Source: Octopus vulgaris
Taxonomy: Eukaryota
NCBI GenBank assembly: GCA_951406725.2
Contig: OX597815.1
Location: forward strand, 198,958,001-199,022,000
DNA length: 64,000 nucleotides
Reading direction: 5' to 3'
Below, in pieces: positions 51,098 to 64,000 of the stretch. Under the pieces are notes generated by a model, which had not been told where the DNA came from, did no database searches, and saw only the letters and a program-made list of their open reading frames with translations. Each line of letters opens with the position of its first letter. Positions within the stretch are counted from its first letter, which is position 1. A program made the translations under genes and the position numbers.

Positions 51098-51760
51098 GAA
51101 AAAAAAAAAAGAGAAAGAGAAAAAGCCGTTAGAGCAGTTGGAGGTAAATGGCTTCTACGTGGTTACAATTTCTGTATTAAATAGCAATCAAATTCCCTCA
51201 AATTGCATTTAACCGTCAATATAGACTAAACCACATAAGACAATGCAGTCCTAGATAGATAACACTTTGTTAAAAGAATAGTCATGGTTGGAATGTCTTC
51301 GTTGATACGCGACATCAAGGAGTACCAAAGTAACAAAACACCTTTTACCTCTTATGAGGACAACACACACAGTCAATAATGGAGCTGTACATTGCGCTAG
51401 AAATGAGAAATAGTGATAACTGAAACGCATTTTTCGATAAGTTCTCTCGTAGAAAACCTAAACAAAATCAACACCAATATCTACACTACAATGGCAGCAA
51501 CAATATATTATTATAAAACCGGTCTCTGGATTTTTAAAACAAAATAAGTTAAAGGTTAACCATCAAAGATTTCCTTATCATTCTCGTGAATTAGATATCT
51601 TAATTTAGATTTTACTTAATATTTTTTCTTGTCTACGCATAAAACTTGAGCAATATTCAACGTAAAAAAACCCCATTTATTACAGAACACAGAAATCATT
51701 TCATATGCATTCACAAATTCACAAACTGAACATCTCCACACACATATGTTCACGTATACG

Positions 51761-51838
<78 letters not shown>

Positions 51839-51846
51839 GATATATG

Positions 51847-51881
<35 letters not shown>

Positions 51882-52025
51882 ATATATGTATGTATGCATA
51901 TATGTATGCATGTATGCATGTGCGTGTATATGTGTGTGTGTGTGGTATATATTAAATACATTTGTCTATACATTGTACACTGTTGATCTTACTCTCTATT
52001 TACGTATATGTGAGTGTGTCTGTAT

Positions 52026-52097
<72 letters not shown>

Positions 52098-52257
52098 TTG
52101 TAAGTACATAGATACAAGTATATATACATAGATAGACATATATATGTACGTATGTAAAAATAAATATATAAATATATATATATAATGATAAAAAATATAG
52201 ATATATAGATAGATAGATGGATAGATAGATACAAGCATACATACATAGATATATGCA

Positions 52258-52293
<36 letters not shown>

Positions 52294-52543
52294 ACCCATT
52301 TATTCATTTCTATGTCCGTCTTTCTGTCTCCTTCACTATCTCTACACTATTAATATATAATGCATATGTATATATGTGTGTGTTTATGCGAGCAGGTGCT
52401 CTCTATGTGTCCTTAAATGTATATTGTTTTATTTTGTATCCCTGCTTAGCATTCGTTGTTTCTGTGTGAATATAACATTGCGTTTATGACTTAACTTGCT
52501 CCTGGTGAGTACATTCATACAATTGTGCGTGTGACTGTATGTG

Positions 52544-52614
<71 letters not shown>

Positions 52615-52669
52615 GTAATTATATATATGTATGCATATATATATGTATATATATATATATATATGTATG

Positions 52670-52705
<36 letters not shown>

Positions 52706-53291
52706 CAATTGTACGTGTATTTGTTTACAAATATTTATATATACACATACATATATATATGTATGTATGTATATGTACATATAAACATATATTTATTTAT
52801 ACAAATATACGTATATATTTACATCTATTTGTAAATATACATATATGTATACATATGTATATATATTTATATATGTATGTATATGCCTGTGTCTCTGTTT
52901 CTGTGTATTTGTTCGCGCGCGCGTGTGTGTGTGTATGTGTGTGTGTATGTGTGTGTGTGTGTGTGAGTGAACGGGTTTTGTGTTTGTGAATATATATATA
53001 TGGACGGTGTGAGTTTTTATGTTTGTTGATGAAATCTTCATTTAAATCGAAATGCTCTGGAGTGAAAATTCGATCAGAAACCAAATCAAATACTCCAGAA
53101 ATATATTTAGGTTAGATTAAATGTTCAGATTTCGTGTAGAAGAAATATGAATCTTGCGAAACGCAAATTCAATCTAGACAAAACAGGAGAGAGAATGTTA
53201 TAAAACTTAAACAAATGTAAGATTAGAAAATTTGTAGAAAATGAACAACCTACCATCATATGTTTGAGAGTATTTGTATGTGTGTATGAAT

Positions 53292-53333
<42 letters not shown>

Positions 53334-53547
53334 TTATAAATATATATATATTTGTACATATATGTGTATATGTACGTATGTGTGTAGATATATATGATAT
53401 GTTTATATGCACATACATATACGCATAATTATGTGGGTGTGTCTGTAAGCGTTTATCAATGGATATAAACGGATGCAAAAATTGTATTTATTTATCAATA
53501 TACAAATACATATCTGTAATGTGTGTGCACCTGTGTGTATACGTACG

Positions 53548-53579
<32 letters not shown>

Positions 53580-53616
53580 CGTCTGTATGTGTGTATATAT
53601 ATATATATATTTATAC

Positions 53617-53669
<53 letters not shown>

Positions 53670-54486
53670 TACATACATATATATATATGCATACATATAT
53701 ATATAGGGGTATATAATGTATGTATGTGTGTTTTTATATTAGGTGAGTGTGTATATGTATGTGCTTTTGTTTATCTGTGTGTGTATATGTTTATAAACTA
53801 CATAAACCTTGGATGCTGTTTCGCAAAAGTGAAATAAGTTGTTTATTCTTTTGTAAAATAACTAAAAAAAATAAATTAAAATTAAATAAGAAAAATAAAA
53901 AATACGTACGTAACTTTAAAAAAAAACTAAAACAAATATAGAAGAGAAAACCAACAAGTAATGATAAATAAACAAATGATACATATGTAATTTTTGCAAG
54001 AGAATATAAAGAAAGGAAGGAAGAAAAATATTTTTTTTGGATGAGAAAAATAAAAAAATATAAAAATTCTTAATTTATTTTTATGCAACTTTTACCTCGA
54101 ATAAAATTAGATGAAATTTTGTTTAAGGTTTGTTATTCTTCTTCTTCTGTATGTATTTTTTTGTTCATTTGTTTCTGTTTTTTTAACTCGTAGAATTTCG
54201 AGTTCATGTTTAGGGAAATATGTTATCAAAACTACGTGTTTCTTTAGATAAATAAGATGAGATAAACTCTGAATTGTAAATTTCACGTTCGAGTTTGTTC
54301 TGAGAATAGACCTAAAGAACTATACGCATGTTTAATTAAATACCAAGAGGAAATCATTGTTAGCGATTTCTAATGTTTTGAAAATTATGTGTCGCTTTCT
54401 TACGTAAAGTTGTTAAGCAGTGTTTAGTTCATCCTTTGAGAGAATTGTTGAGGGCCTAAGAGTGCCTTTAGTTTAATATAGGGAGA

Positions 54487-54818
54487 TTTTTTTTTATTTA
54501 TGCGCCCTTTTCAAGCCTAGCCAGGTTCATTAGCTCGGTTTCCCGGTTTCTGTGGCGTATGTGTTACCCCACCCCACCCCAGCTGGACGGAACGCCAGTC
54601 CATCTCAGCGTTACTCAAGAAACAGGAAGAAAGATTGAGAGAAAGTTGGGGCGAAAGAGTACAACAGGGGTCGCCACCCGCCACCCCCCTGCCAGAGACT
54701 CGTGGAGCTTTAGGTGTTTTCGCTCAATAAACACACACAACGCCCGGTCTGGGAATCGAAATCGTGATCCTTCGACCGTAAATCCGCTACCCTAACCACT
54801 GGGCCATTGCGCCTCCAC
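54487..54818 (-). mobile_element. SINE family C, type-2 tail, with ~12-bp TSD
   Basis: Reverse complement of the 44347 copy; AATATAGGGAGA (54475) / AATATAAGGAGA (54819). Confidence 0.88.
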
Positions 54819-54853
54819 AATATAAGGAGAAAAAAAACTATAATTTCTTGTCT

Positions 54854-55046
54854 ATGCTTAGCGGTATTTCGTCTGCCGCTACGTTCTGAGTTCAAATTCC
54901 GCCGAGGTCGACTTTGCCTTTCATCCTTTCGGGGTCGATAAATAAAGTACCAGTTTCGCACTGGGGTCGTTGTAATCGACTTAATCCCTTTGTCTGTCCT
55001 TGTTTGTCCCCTCTATGTTTAGCCCCTTGTGGGCAATAAAGAAATA
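54854..55046 (+). mobile_element. SINE family B, 5'-truncated, with long TSD
   Basis: Flanked by TATAATTTCTTGTCTATG / TATAATTTCCTGTCTATG. Confidence 0.88.
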
Positions 55047-56551
55047 TATAATTTCCTGTCTATGTTTAGTTAATAACTAAGGTGTTTTTTTAGCTGACAA
55101 TTCGTGGTTCACCAATTTCTAGTTAGAGAGAAATATTTGAAACGTATGCGATTCCTAGTTAAAGGTTTGGGAGTAACACTAAAATTTCTAAAGAGAAATA
55201 TTTAGAAATTAAGTAAAAGTGGAGTTATAGGGAGATATTTACAAACTGTGGGCGTCTTTAATTATCCAACGTGTCTTTTCTTAAATCAGCAGACTGTGGC
55301 TTGAGGGAAGATTTTGCTACTATTTCTGACAGATGAAGTGACTATATTTGGATTTAATTCATGACTTGTCACAGGTACACAATATCGACGTGCTGTCACT
55401 TAACCCTGCGTGCATGTCATTTCGTCTCTCATCTGAACTATTCAGCCGGCAGAGATTTGAACTCTACTCTATCATTTCAGCTCCATCGCAGAGAGAAATT
55501 TCATTAAATTGATCTCAGATATTTGATTAGGACCATATTTTTCTTGGAGCTGGAAGGATCAATAGTAAAGTTGATTCGGGCAAGATTTCTGCTCAGTAAA
55601 CAGTCGAAACAAATATCACTCTAACGATTTCTGCTAGTGTTAATAAGTACTGAAATCGGTATAACCAGAAATTAGGAAAAGAGTACAGTATGAAGAAGAG
55701 AGATTCACTTAAACAGAAGAGTGGCACATATCTTATTTATCTCTGAATAACGAGCCAAACAGGAAGCGTGTTCATGGTCGCTGTACTTGCTTGGCATTAC
55801 AGACAAATCTGATTCGTATAACACCCTAGTAATTTAACAGAGGTAGTCGCATTGAGTAAATATTTTGGATGCGTTAATGATAAATCTTTTCATAAAAGGC
55901 AAGGGAGAGAACTCTCACATTTAAATTTGTTAAAATGAAAACAGACGCATGCAACGAGAGAAGTAAGTCTGAGCTTCACTAAGTATCTTTCGTAAGGATG
56001 TTTGAACAGTTTTCATTATGCAATGTTATTGCCAGTTCAAATATGCTCTTATGAAATTCAGTATCATGTGAATTCGAACATTCCAATAAATTTATGACTA
56101 GTGGATAACAGTCGCTATCATGTTAAAGATGAAACAGTCACCTCTTAAGTATCATATACTGAGTGACCTTGAGTGGAGAAAAAATAAATCTTTTAGTACT
56201 GTACTTCTTACTTCACTATGACTTTCCATTACTTCTTTTGAAAAATTCATTCATAGATTTTGTTGACTGATTCGCAAAATTATAATAGTATTGTACATAT
56301 AATTGATATTTTAAAAGTAAATTAGTAAAAACATTATTAAAAAAATCTTGTGTCTAGTTTCGTTAATGTAATCGTCTTTCATCTATGCCCTTATGACATA
56401 TAAACAAATCATTATCATTGTTTTCTCTATTAAAAAAATAATGCTTTCACTGTTCCTGTATCTCTTTCTGTCTCTCTGTATTTCTATACTCATAGGTGTG
56501 TGTATGTGTGTGTGTGTGTGCTGCGTGTGACCGTGTATATGAATAAAGCTT

Positions 56552-56674
56552 TACTACTACAACTACTACTACTACTACTACAACTACTACTACTACTACT
56601 ACTACCAACACCAACACCACCACCACCACCACTACTACTACTACCACCACTAACACCACCACCACCACCACCAA

Positions 56675-56707
<33 letters not shown>

Positions 56708-56874
56708 CAACACCAACACCACCACCACCACCACTACTACTACTACCACCACTAACACCACCACCACCAACACCACTACTACTACTACTACTACTACTGC
56801 TACTACTACTGCAACTGCTGCTACTGCTGCTGCTACTGCTACTGCTGCTACTTTTGCTGCTGCTGCTACTGCTG

Positions 56875-56935
<61 letters not shown>

Positions 56936-56936
56936 C

Positions 56937-56996
<60 letters not shown>

Positions 56997-57063
56997 ACCA
57001 CTACTGCTGGTGCTGATGCTACTGTTGATGCTACTATTACTACTACTTCTCTTTCTCTTACTG

Positions 57064-57114
<51 letters not shown>

Positions 57115-57116
57115 TA
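56552..57116. repeat. Compound (CTA)n/(CCA)n/(CTG)n block with a 102-bp higher-order duplication
   Basis: CCAACACCAACACC at 56605 and 56707. Confidence 0.9.
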
Positions 57117-57470
57117 ACTGAGGATAGTATTGTGGTAGAATAGTCACCGAGTCGGGCAAATTAATTAGCTATATCGCATTTGGCTCTTTAACTTCTAAGT
57201 TCAAATCCCGCTCTAGTCAGTTTTGTTGACCGTTCTTTCAGAGTCGATAAAATAGTCTCAGCAGATTGATGTTTTTCACTGAAACTCTTCCCCACAAAAT
57301 TCTGTCTTTAGCGCCGAAATAAGAAACCACCATTATTTGTATTGTTTATTATTCATGCGACGAGGGTTTGCTTTCTTGAAACAAGAATTTAAGTACAATA
57401 CGGGGAAAATGTATATAAGAATATCGTCTTGGCACTACGACGGTTACGATGACGAGGGTTCCAGGTGAAC

Positions 57471-57698
57471 CTATTTCTTTACTACCCACAAGGGGCTAAA
57501 CACAGACGGGACAAACAAGGAGAGACAAACGGATTAAGTCGATTATATCGACCCCAGTGCGTAACTGGTGCTTAATTTATCGACCCCAAATGGATGAAAG
57601 GCAAAGTCGACCTCGGCGGAATTTGAACTCAGAACGTAACGGCAGACGAAATACGGCTACGTATTTCACCCGGCGTGCTCACGATTCTGCCAGCTCAC
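57471..57698 (-). mobile_element. SINE family B nested in a family C type-1 tail fragment (57431-57740)
   Basis: Flanks 57431-57470 and 57699-57740 join to give the reverse complement of 20489-20570. Confidence 0.82.
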
Positions 57699-57830
57699 TA
57701 ATTAACGGAACAGCTTGCTCGTGAAATTCATGTGCAAGTTGTGGAGGTTCTCTTTCAGAAAATATACTGCAAAGGTGATAGTTAGCATGAGAAATGTAGG
57801 GGTTATGAATAATTTTTCTCAGTAAGATAT

Positions 57831-58041
57831 AGGGCAGCGAGTTGGCAGAATCTTTAGCACATCAGGCAAAATGCTTAGCGTTCGTTCGACTTAATGTTTT
57901 GAGTTCAAATGCTGCCTGGGTTGATTTTGCCTTTCATCCTTTCGGAGTCGATAAAATAAGTAACAGTCGAGTATTGGGGTCGATATATTTGATTTGTTCT
58001 TTTCCCAAAAATATTTCAGGCCATGAGTCTTTAGTAGAAAG
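57831..58041 (+). mobile_element. SINE family B, diverged
   Basis: Head GGCAGCGAGTTGGCAGAATC and central TTTGCCTTTCATCCTTTCGGAGTCGATAAA. Confidence 0.78.
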
Positions 58042-58212
58042 GAATATATCTAGGGAGGAGGAATAGTTTGTGTATCACGAATTTTTGCTCAAAAGACTGG
58101 AACTGTGCTTCTAAGCAAGCGCCAGTCCCCAGTTATATATGTAGTACCCATTTCTTAAGGATAGGATGGCCACATAAAAGCATTCACTTACATGACAGTT
58201 TACAAACCCATA

Positions 58213-58590
58213 AAGGCGGTGAGCTGGCAGAAATGTTAGAACACCGGACGAAATGTTTAGCGGTATTTCGTCTGCCTTTACTTTCTGAGTTCAAATTCCG
58301 CCGACGTCGACCTTGCCTTCATCCCTTCGGGGTCGATAAATTAAGTACCAGTTACGCACTGGGGTAGATGTAATCGACTTAATCCGTTTGTCTGTCCTTG
58401 TTTGTCCCCTCTGTGTGTAGCCCCTTGAGGGCAGTAAAGAAATAAGAAACGTTAGCACACCGGGCAAAATGCTTAGCGGTATTTCGTTGGTCTTTACGTT
58501 CTGAGTTCAAATTCCGCCGCGGTCGACTTTGCCTTTCATCCTTTCGGGGTTGATAAATTAAGTGCCAGTTGCATTCTGGGATCGATCTAC
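58213..58590 (+). mobile_element. SINE family B dimer
   Basis: Second unit begins at the junction AAAGAAATAAGAAACGTTAGCAC (about 58436-58458). Confidence 0.9.
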
Positions 58591-59052
58591 TCAAAAATTT
58601 CCGGCCAATACGTTACAAGCCTGCTCTTCATTGTCCAATCTAGTTCTTTGGTAAGAACTTAGCTGGTGTGGACATAAATTTCTAACATCTGTAGCCAAAG
58701 GCAAAGACATGAGGTATAGCTTCTATAATTATGATTATTATAAAACTTAACTTTCTTATTTTTAACATATGTACCATAAAATATACGGTGCCAAAAATAT
58801 GAGTAACGCACACGATCACACACATTTACATTCTTTTTTACCATTAATTGACTTTGAAACTGTTGCGCTACTCTGTCTAAATATAGTCGGCATGTTGTTT
58901 CTTACAAACTATGATTAGGTTCCAGCTTTGTTAAAAGAGTTAGTGGTCCAGAAATTAATTCATACATGCGCACAGGTAAATATAAATATATATACATAAA
59001 TAAAAATGCGTGTGCGTGTATACTTACATATATATATACATACATACATACA

Positions 59053-59101
<49 letters not shown>

Positions 59102-59197
59102 TTATATACATATATATATATATACATACATCTATATATATACGTATATAGATAGATACATACATACATACAGACATACACACATATATATATATAC

Positions 59198-59238
<41 letters not shown>

Positions 59239-59290
59239 TTATATATATATATGCATATGTCAATATATTTATATGTATTCATATATATAT

Positions 59291-59327
<37 letters not shown>

Positions 59328-59406
59328 GTATATATATATGTGTGTGTGTTTGTATAAATATATATGTATATATATGTTTGTTTGTATACATATATGTGTG
59401 TGTATG

Positions 59407-59466
<60 letters not shown>

Positions 59467-60018
59467 ATATACATACGCACATATTCATGCATGTACAAAC
59501 ACAGACAGTTGAAATGCACACTCATGCCATACACAAAAGCACACACTCAGGTCACACAGCGCACTTAGAAGTAGGGAAGTCTGCAACAAACAGCTACATC
59601 GATTCAGACACATTCTATTGCAGACATTTATTCATTCCATCATTGAAATGCACACGCATGTGCATACACCTAAAACGTATATAATATATATGCGTGAGAG
59701 TATATGAGTGGAACTATAGATGCGCGTGTGTGTATACTACGGGTACGTGCTCTTGTGTAAATGTATGTGTAATCATTTTATACATAATATAATCTTGTGA
59801 TGCTGCAGTGAACATTTATAATTATTTACATCATTATATTTCTACCAGGTTTCCATGTGTTATGAAATAACAACCTGGTTTGCAATGTCCCCCTTCACAT
59901 CAATTATGAGTTATAATGCATTCCAAAATTCCTGAAATCGCTGCTGTCTGATCAGCTGAAGTGAGTCGCTCCAACCGTCGTGGTCGTCATAGTCGTCGTC
60001 GTCATCGTCGTTGTAATC

Positions 60019-60080
<62 letters not shown>

Positions 60081-60598
60081 TATTGTTGTTGTTATTCCTG
60101 TTGATGTATTTGATATTGTTGTTGTAGGTTCTTATATTGTTGTGGCTATTTAGCTCCACTACTACTTATCCCAACAGAATTTGGATCAAAAGAGTTCCAT
60201 GTGTAACGTATTATTCCTGTTCTGAATTTCAATTGTGTCATATTATTTAGTGCCACCATTATACAATGATTCGTTCCTCTTTTAAGAAGACCGGTGTCAT
60301 GTCATACAAGTTTGGTTGCTATTTCTAGCAGACGTTTTGGCAACGTTTGAATCATTTATATTTTGTTCCGAATTTATGAGTACAAATCTCGCTTAGGTCA
60401 AATTTTACTGTTATTAGTATGGAGTTGATAAAATAAAGTATCTTAATGGTTTCAATTTATCCCCTTCCAAAAAAAAAAAAAAAACTATCAAAATCAGAAA
60501 TCATTTTATAACGATTTCTCAATGCATACTTTTTACTATTTTTAAATATTTTTGCCTAGAGTGATATTCATAAGCACTGGCACGCTCACAGATACACC

Positions 60599-60674
<76 letters not shown>

Positions 60675-60769
60675 AAAGATTCATAGATAAATAGAGAGAG
60701 AGAGAGGGAGAGATTACAAGATACATATATATACATTCAGACATATGCATATAGAGCCACACTTTCTCT

Positions 60770-61800
60770 TCCCTCCTGGGGTTCTGGTGGAGCACCACCT
60801 TTCAGTGTTCTGGGGTCTCCTTTCGGTATTGTTTTTTGATGAAGAAACGAGTTGGACGAAGCTGCTCTTTTCTTGTCCCTGTCGGCGCGATGTGGGCTCA
60901 CCTGGGATTTCAGATAGAAACTTGTCCAGGTGATTTTTTTAACATTTCCTCATCTATACCTTGAAGATTTCTTAGGTTCCTTGACTGGGTTGGATGTTAA
61001 ACAGTTGTGATCCCCTGAAACCCAAGCTGTCGTAATACTGGGTCCTTATCTGAGATGCAGAAGACGGTATCTTTGCCAGCGGGAGCTGGCAGAAACGTTA
61101 GCACACCGGGCGAAATGCGTAGCCGTATTTCGTCTGTCTTTAAGTTCTGAGTTCAAATTCCGCCGAGGTCGTCTTTGCCTTTCATCCTTTCGGGGTCGAT
61201 TAAATAAGTACCAGTTACGCACTGTGGTCGATATAATCGACTTAATTCGTTTGTCTGTCCTTGTTCGTCCCCTCTGTGTTTAGCCCCTTGTGAGTAGTAA
61301 AGAAACAGGTATATTTGGTATTATGCGGTGCGGTCCAGTTATGTGGTTGGTCTAACTTTTAATTCCTAAGCTGGATGAAGCTGCTTTTAATATATATTAA
61401 TCCCAAAGTTGGGAGCTAGAACTCCCAAGATCTTCCATATGTTTATCATTGCATGCATTTTTCGCCTTCTCGTCAGGGAGTAGAGCTTTAATTTTTGTAT
61501 CCTCTCCCACTAGCTCATCTGTTTCACCGAGTCAATCTTCTTTGAGTAGAGGCACCGGATTGCCTTAAGCTCCGCCACCAACTTGACGCTCTGCGGCGAT
61601 CACAGTTGGGAGCAGTACTGCAGACGAGTGAGGACAAACATCCTCCATAAGAGCAGCAAGGTATCCTTATCTCTGGCTTTGAATGTTCTAAGGATCCATC
61701 CTTCTACTCGCCTGCACAGTAATGCCATCCTGGCAACATGCAGAGGGAATCTTGCATCACTACTCAAGTGGATTCCTAAGTCATGCACCGATTCTAGCAT
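60770..61800 (-). mobile_element. CR1-group LINE 3' part (post-RT region to tail), interrupted by SINE B
   Basis: DLGIHLSSDARF...GWILRTFKARDKDTLLLLWRMFVLTRLQYCSQL and YYDSLGFQGSQLFN; tail AAAGGTGGTGCTCCA. Confidence 0.82.
61077..61311 (+). mobile_element. SINE family B monomer inside the CR1-like LINE
   Basis: Full head-to-tail match to family B. Confidence 0.9.
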
Positions 61801-61989
61801 ATGTGTGTGTATGCGTGTCTGTATATGTATAAATATACATATATATATAAGTATATATATATGAAGCAGACGTATTGATGATATTAAATATGCATGAAAT
61901 CTCAGCTTACATGCCGAAAGGAGATATTTGGAGTCGCTTCGTTAAAGACGGAGATTGGATACATGGTAAACGAGCAGCTATATATTATA

Positions 61990-62385
61990 CTAGCAGTATC
62001 GCCCGGCGTTGTTCGAGTTTGTAAGGGAAATAACTATATAAGCATTTTTAGAGAGTTATAGCCAAAAAATAGCAAAATAATGCATTAAAAATGGAAAAAA
62101 TGATGGTAAATTTTTTTTAAATCGTTGACTCATCGTAGACATTTTTAGAGAGTTACTTCCCTTATATAATAGCGAGAAAAATGCATTAAAATTGAAAAAA
62201 AGATGGTAATTTTTTTAAAATCGTAGACTCATCGTAGACGCGCGCTAATACCCAGAAAGGCTCGATATGAATCACGACTATAAGATACCCGGTTTAGGTT
62301 AAACTGCACCGCAAAATGTGGGAGTAGTTAGGAATCTAAATCGTAGGAGACAGACAGCACACAAACTCTCTTTTATATATAAAGA
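61990..62385 (-). mobile_element. Non-autonomous Helitron H1, copy 3 (two internal units)
   Basis: Same A^TC...hairpin-CTAG^T termini. Confidence 0.85.
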
Positions 62386-62673
62386 TATATACACATACAC
62401 ATCATACTCACTCATGCACACACACACACATATGTATATGTGCCTCTGTGTGTTTTTGTCAACGGCCTGCGTTTAATTTATCATTGTACTGTGTTAATAA
62501 TATTGTCTCCATCTTCGACCGGCTATTTTTGTAAGAATTCTCCAAGTATTGTATTGACGTGTTGTCCGGAATTTAGTTTTATCTGGTGTTGTGTGTGTGT
62601 CGAAACAATGAAGTTGCTTCTTGTGAAAATACAGTTTATATACATACATATACATACATACAGATATATTTGT

Positions 62674-62738
<65 letters not shown>

Positions 62739-63650
62739 TACATATATATACATATATACATATATATACATATATAAATATATAGATGTACATATATGCA
62801 TCTATACATACACACATATATACATATAGATGCATATATGTATACATACATAGATACATACGAAAATATATATCTCTCTTCTCTCTCTCTCTCTCTCTAT
62901 CTATGTATATATATATATATACACGCATACACACATATACACACACATATACACACACATATACATATATATATCAAGAGTTTTGGCATGTATGTGAATA
63001 TGAGTCTACTAGCGTGTCTATGATAACGTTAGCAACTATCGTGTGTGTGTGTCTACTCGTATTTGCGTGTGCCCTGTGTATGTGTGCGTGCGTGCGTGTG
63101 TGGGGTTGTGCGTGTGTGTGTGTGTGTGTGTGTGCTAGTGAATTAGTACCTCTACGTATGTGTATAAACCTTATCCTTACATTTGTCTACATACTTGCTC
63201 TGGATTGCATACTTCCTACACGTCTTGACCAAAAAGTAAAAACGCAATTACGGCGTTCCAGTGTCGGAATACCAATTTTGTATACGTGATATGAAGGCAA
63301 TGAAAGATTCAACATCGAGATTAGACCAGAACAATGCAATTCTAGTTCAAGAAAGATATTATTTGGAAACCAAAAAAAAAAAATATATCGGAATATCGCC
63401 AAGCTGCCAGCCTGGCATCAGTAGGAATCTGTTACTGACTAACAAAGAGGAAAGTGAGAAATAACATGATCATTCGCAGACTTTTAGCGGTGAAAGTTTT
63501 ATAACATTTTGGCATAGAACTTTTTCACTGATGTGAGGTTTCCTTTTATTTAAGATTTTTTTCTAAACTTTTTGGTTTTGTTTTTACTGTATGGTACGGG
63601 TAGAGGGTGATTCTGTTTTTCGGGTATCGACAAAATAGTCGTAGTAGGAC

Positions 63651-63693
<43 letters not shown>

Positions 63694-63885
63694 TGTTGTT
63701 GTTGTTGTTGTAGTAGCGGTGGTAGTGGTAATGGTAAGAGTAGTTGTAGTAGTAGTAGTACTAGTGTTGTGTTGGTGGTATCCTTATTATTATTAATAGT
63801 AGTAGTAGAATTACTAGTGGTGTGGTGGTTGTGGTGGTATTATTATTATTATTGTTATCATAATTATTATTATTATTATTATCAT

Positions 63886-63918
<33 letters not shown>

Positions 63919-64000
63919 CAGCAGCGGCAGCAGCAGCAGCAGCAGGATTTCGTGTTGTTCTTGTGATAGTGGTACGACAAGAACAAAGGCAAGAACCACA

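Noticed and set aside
56447-57117. Poly-Val and poly-Leu membrane-protein-like ORFs
   Set aside because: Translation of the (CTA)n/(CCA)n microsatellite.

Overview
AT-rich, microsatellite-saturated eukaryotic DNA with no host protein-coding gene I can support. Nearly all ORF-track entries are translated (TA)n, (CA)n or trinucleotide repeats. The SINE repertoire and composition suggest an octopus/coleoid genome (inference). The window is mostly transposon relics: three tRNA-derived SINE families (called A, B, C here), decayed non-LTR retroelements (R4/Dong-like, CR1-like, L1/Tx1-like, Penelope-like), Tc1/mariner relics, a mariner MITE and two non-autonomous Helitron families. The strongest signals are: (1) minimal type-I hammerhead ribozyme motifs, one downstream of the Penelope GIY-YIG ORF with a compensated A3-U8 core and several in ~200-bp non-autonomous elements with other core variants; (2) a 3' tail shared by SINE A and a CR1-like LINE with a covarying stem-loop; (3) an L1/Tx1-like element found only in (TATC)n context; (4) SINE B multimers with recurring junctions; (5) several long fold-back inverted repeats. 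Coordinates were read by eye and boundaries of degenerate elements are approximate.
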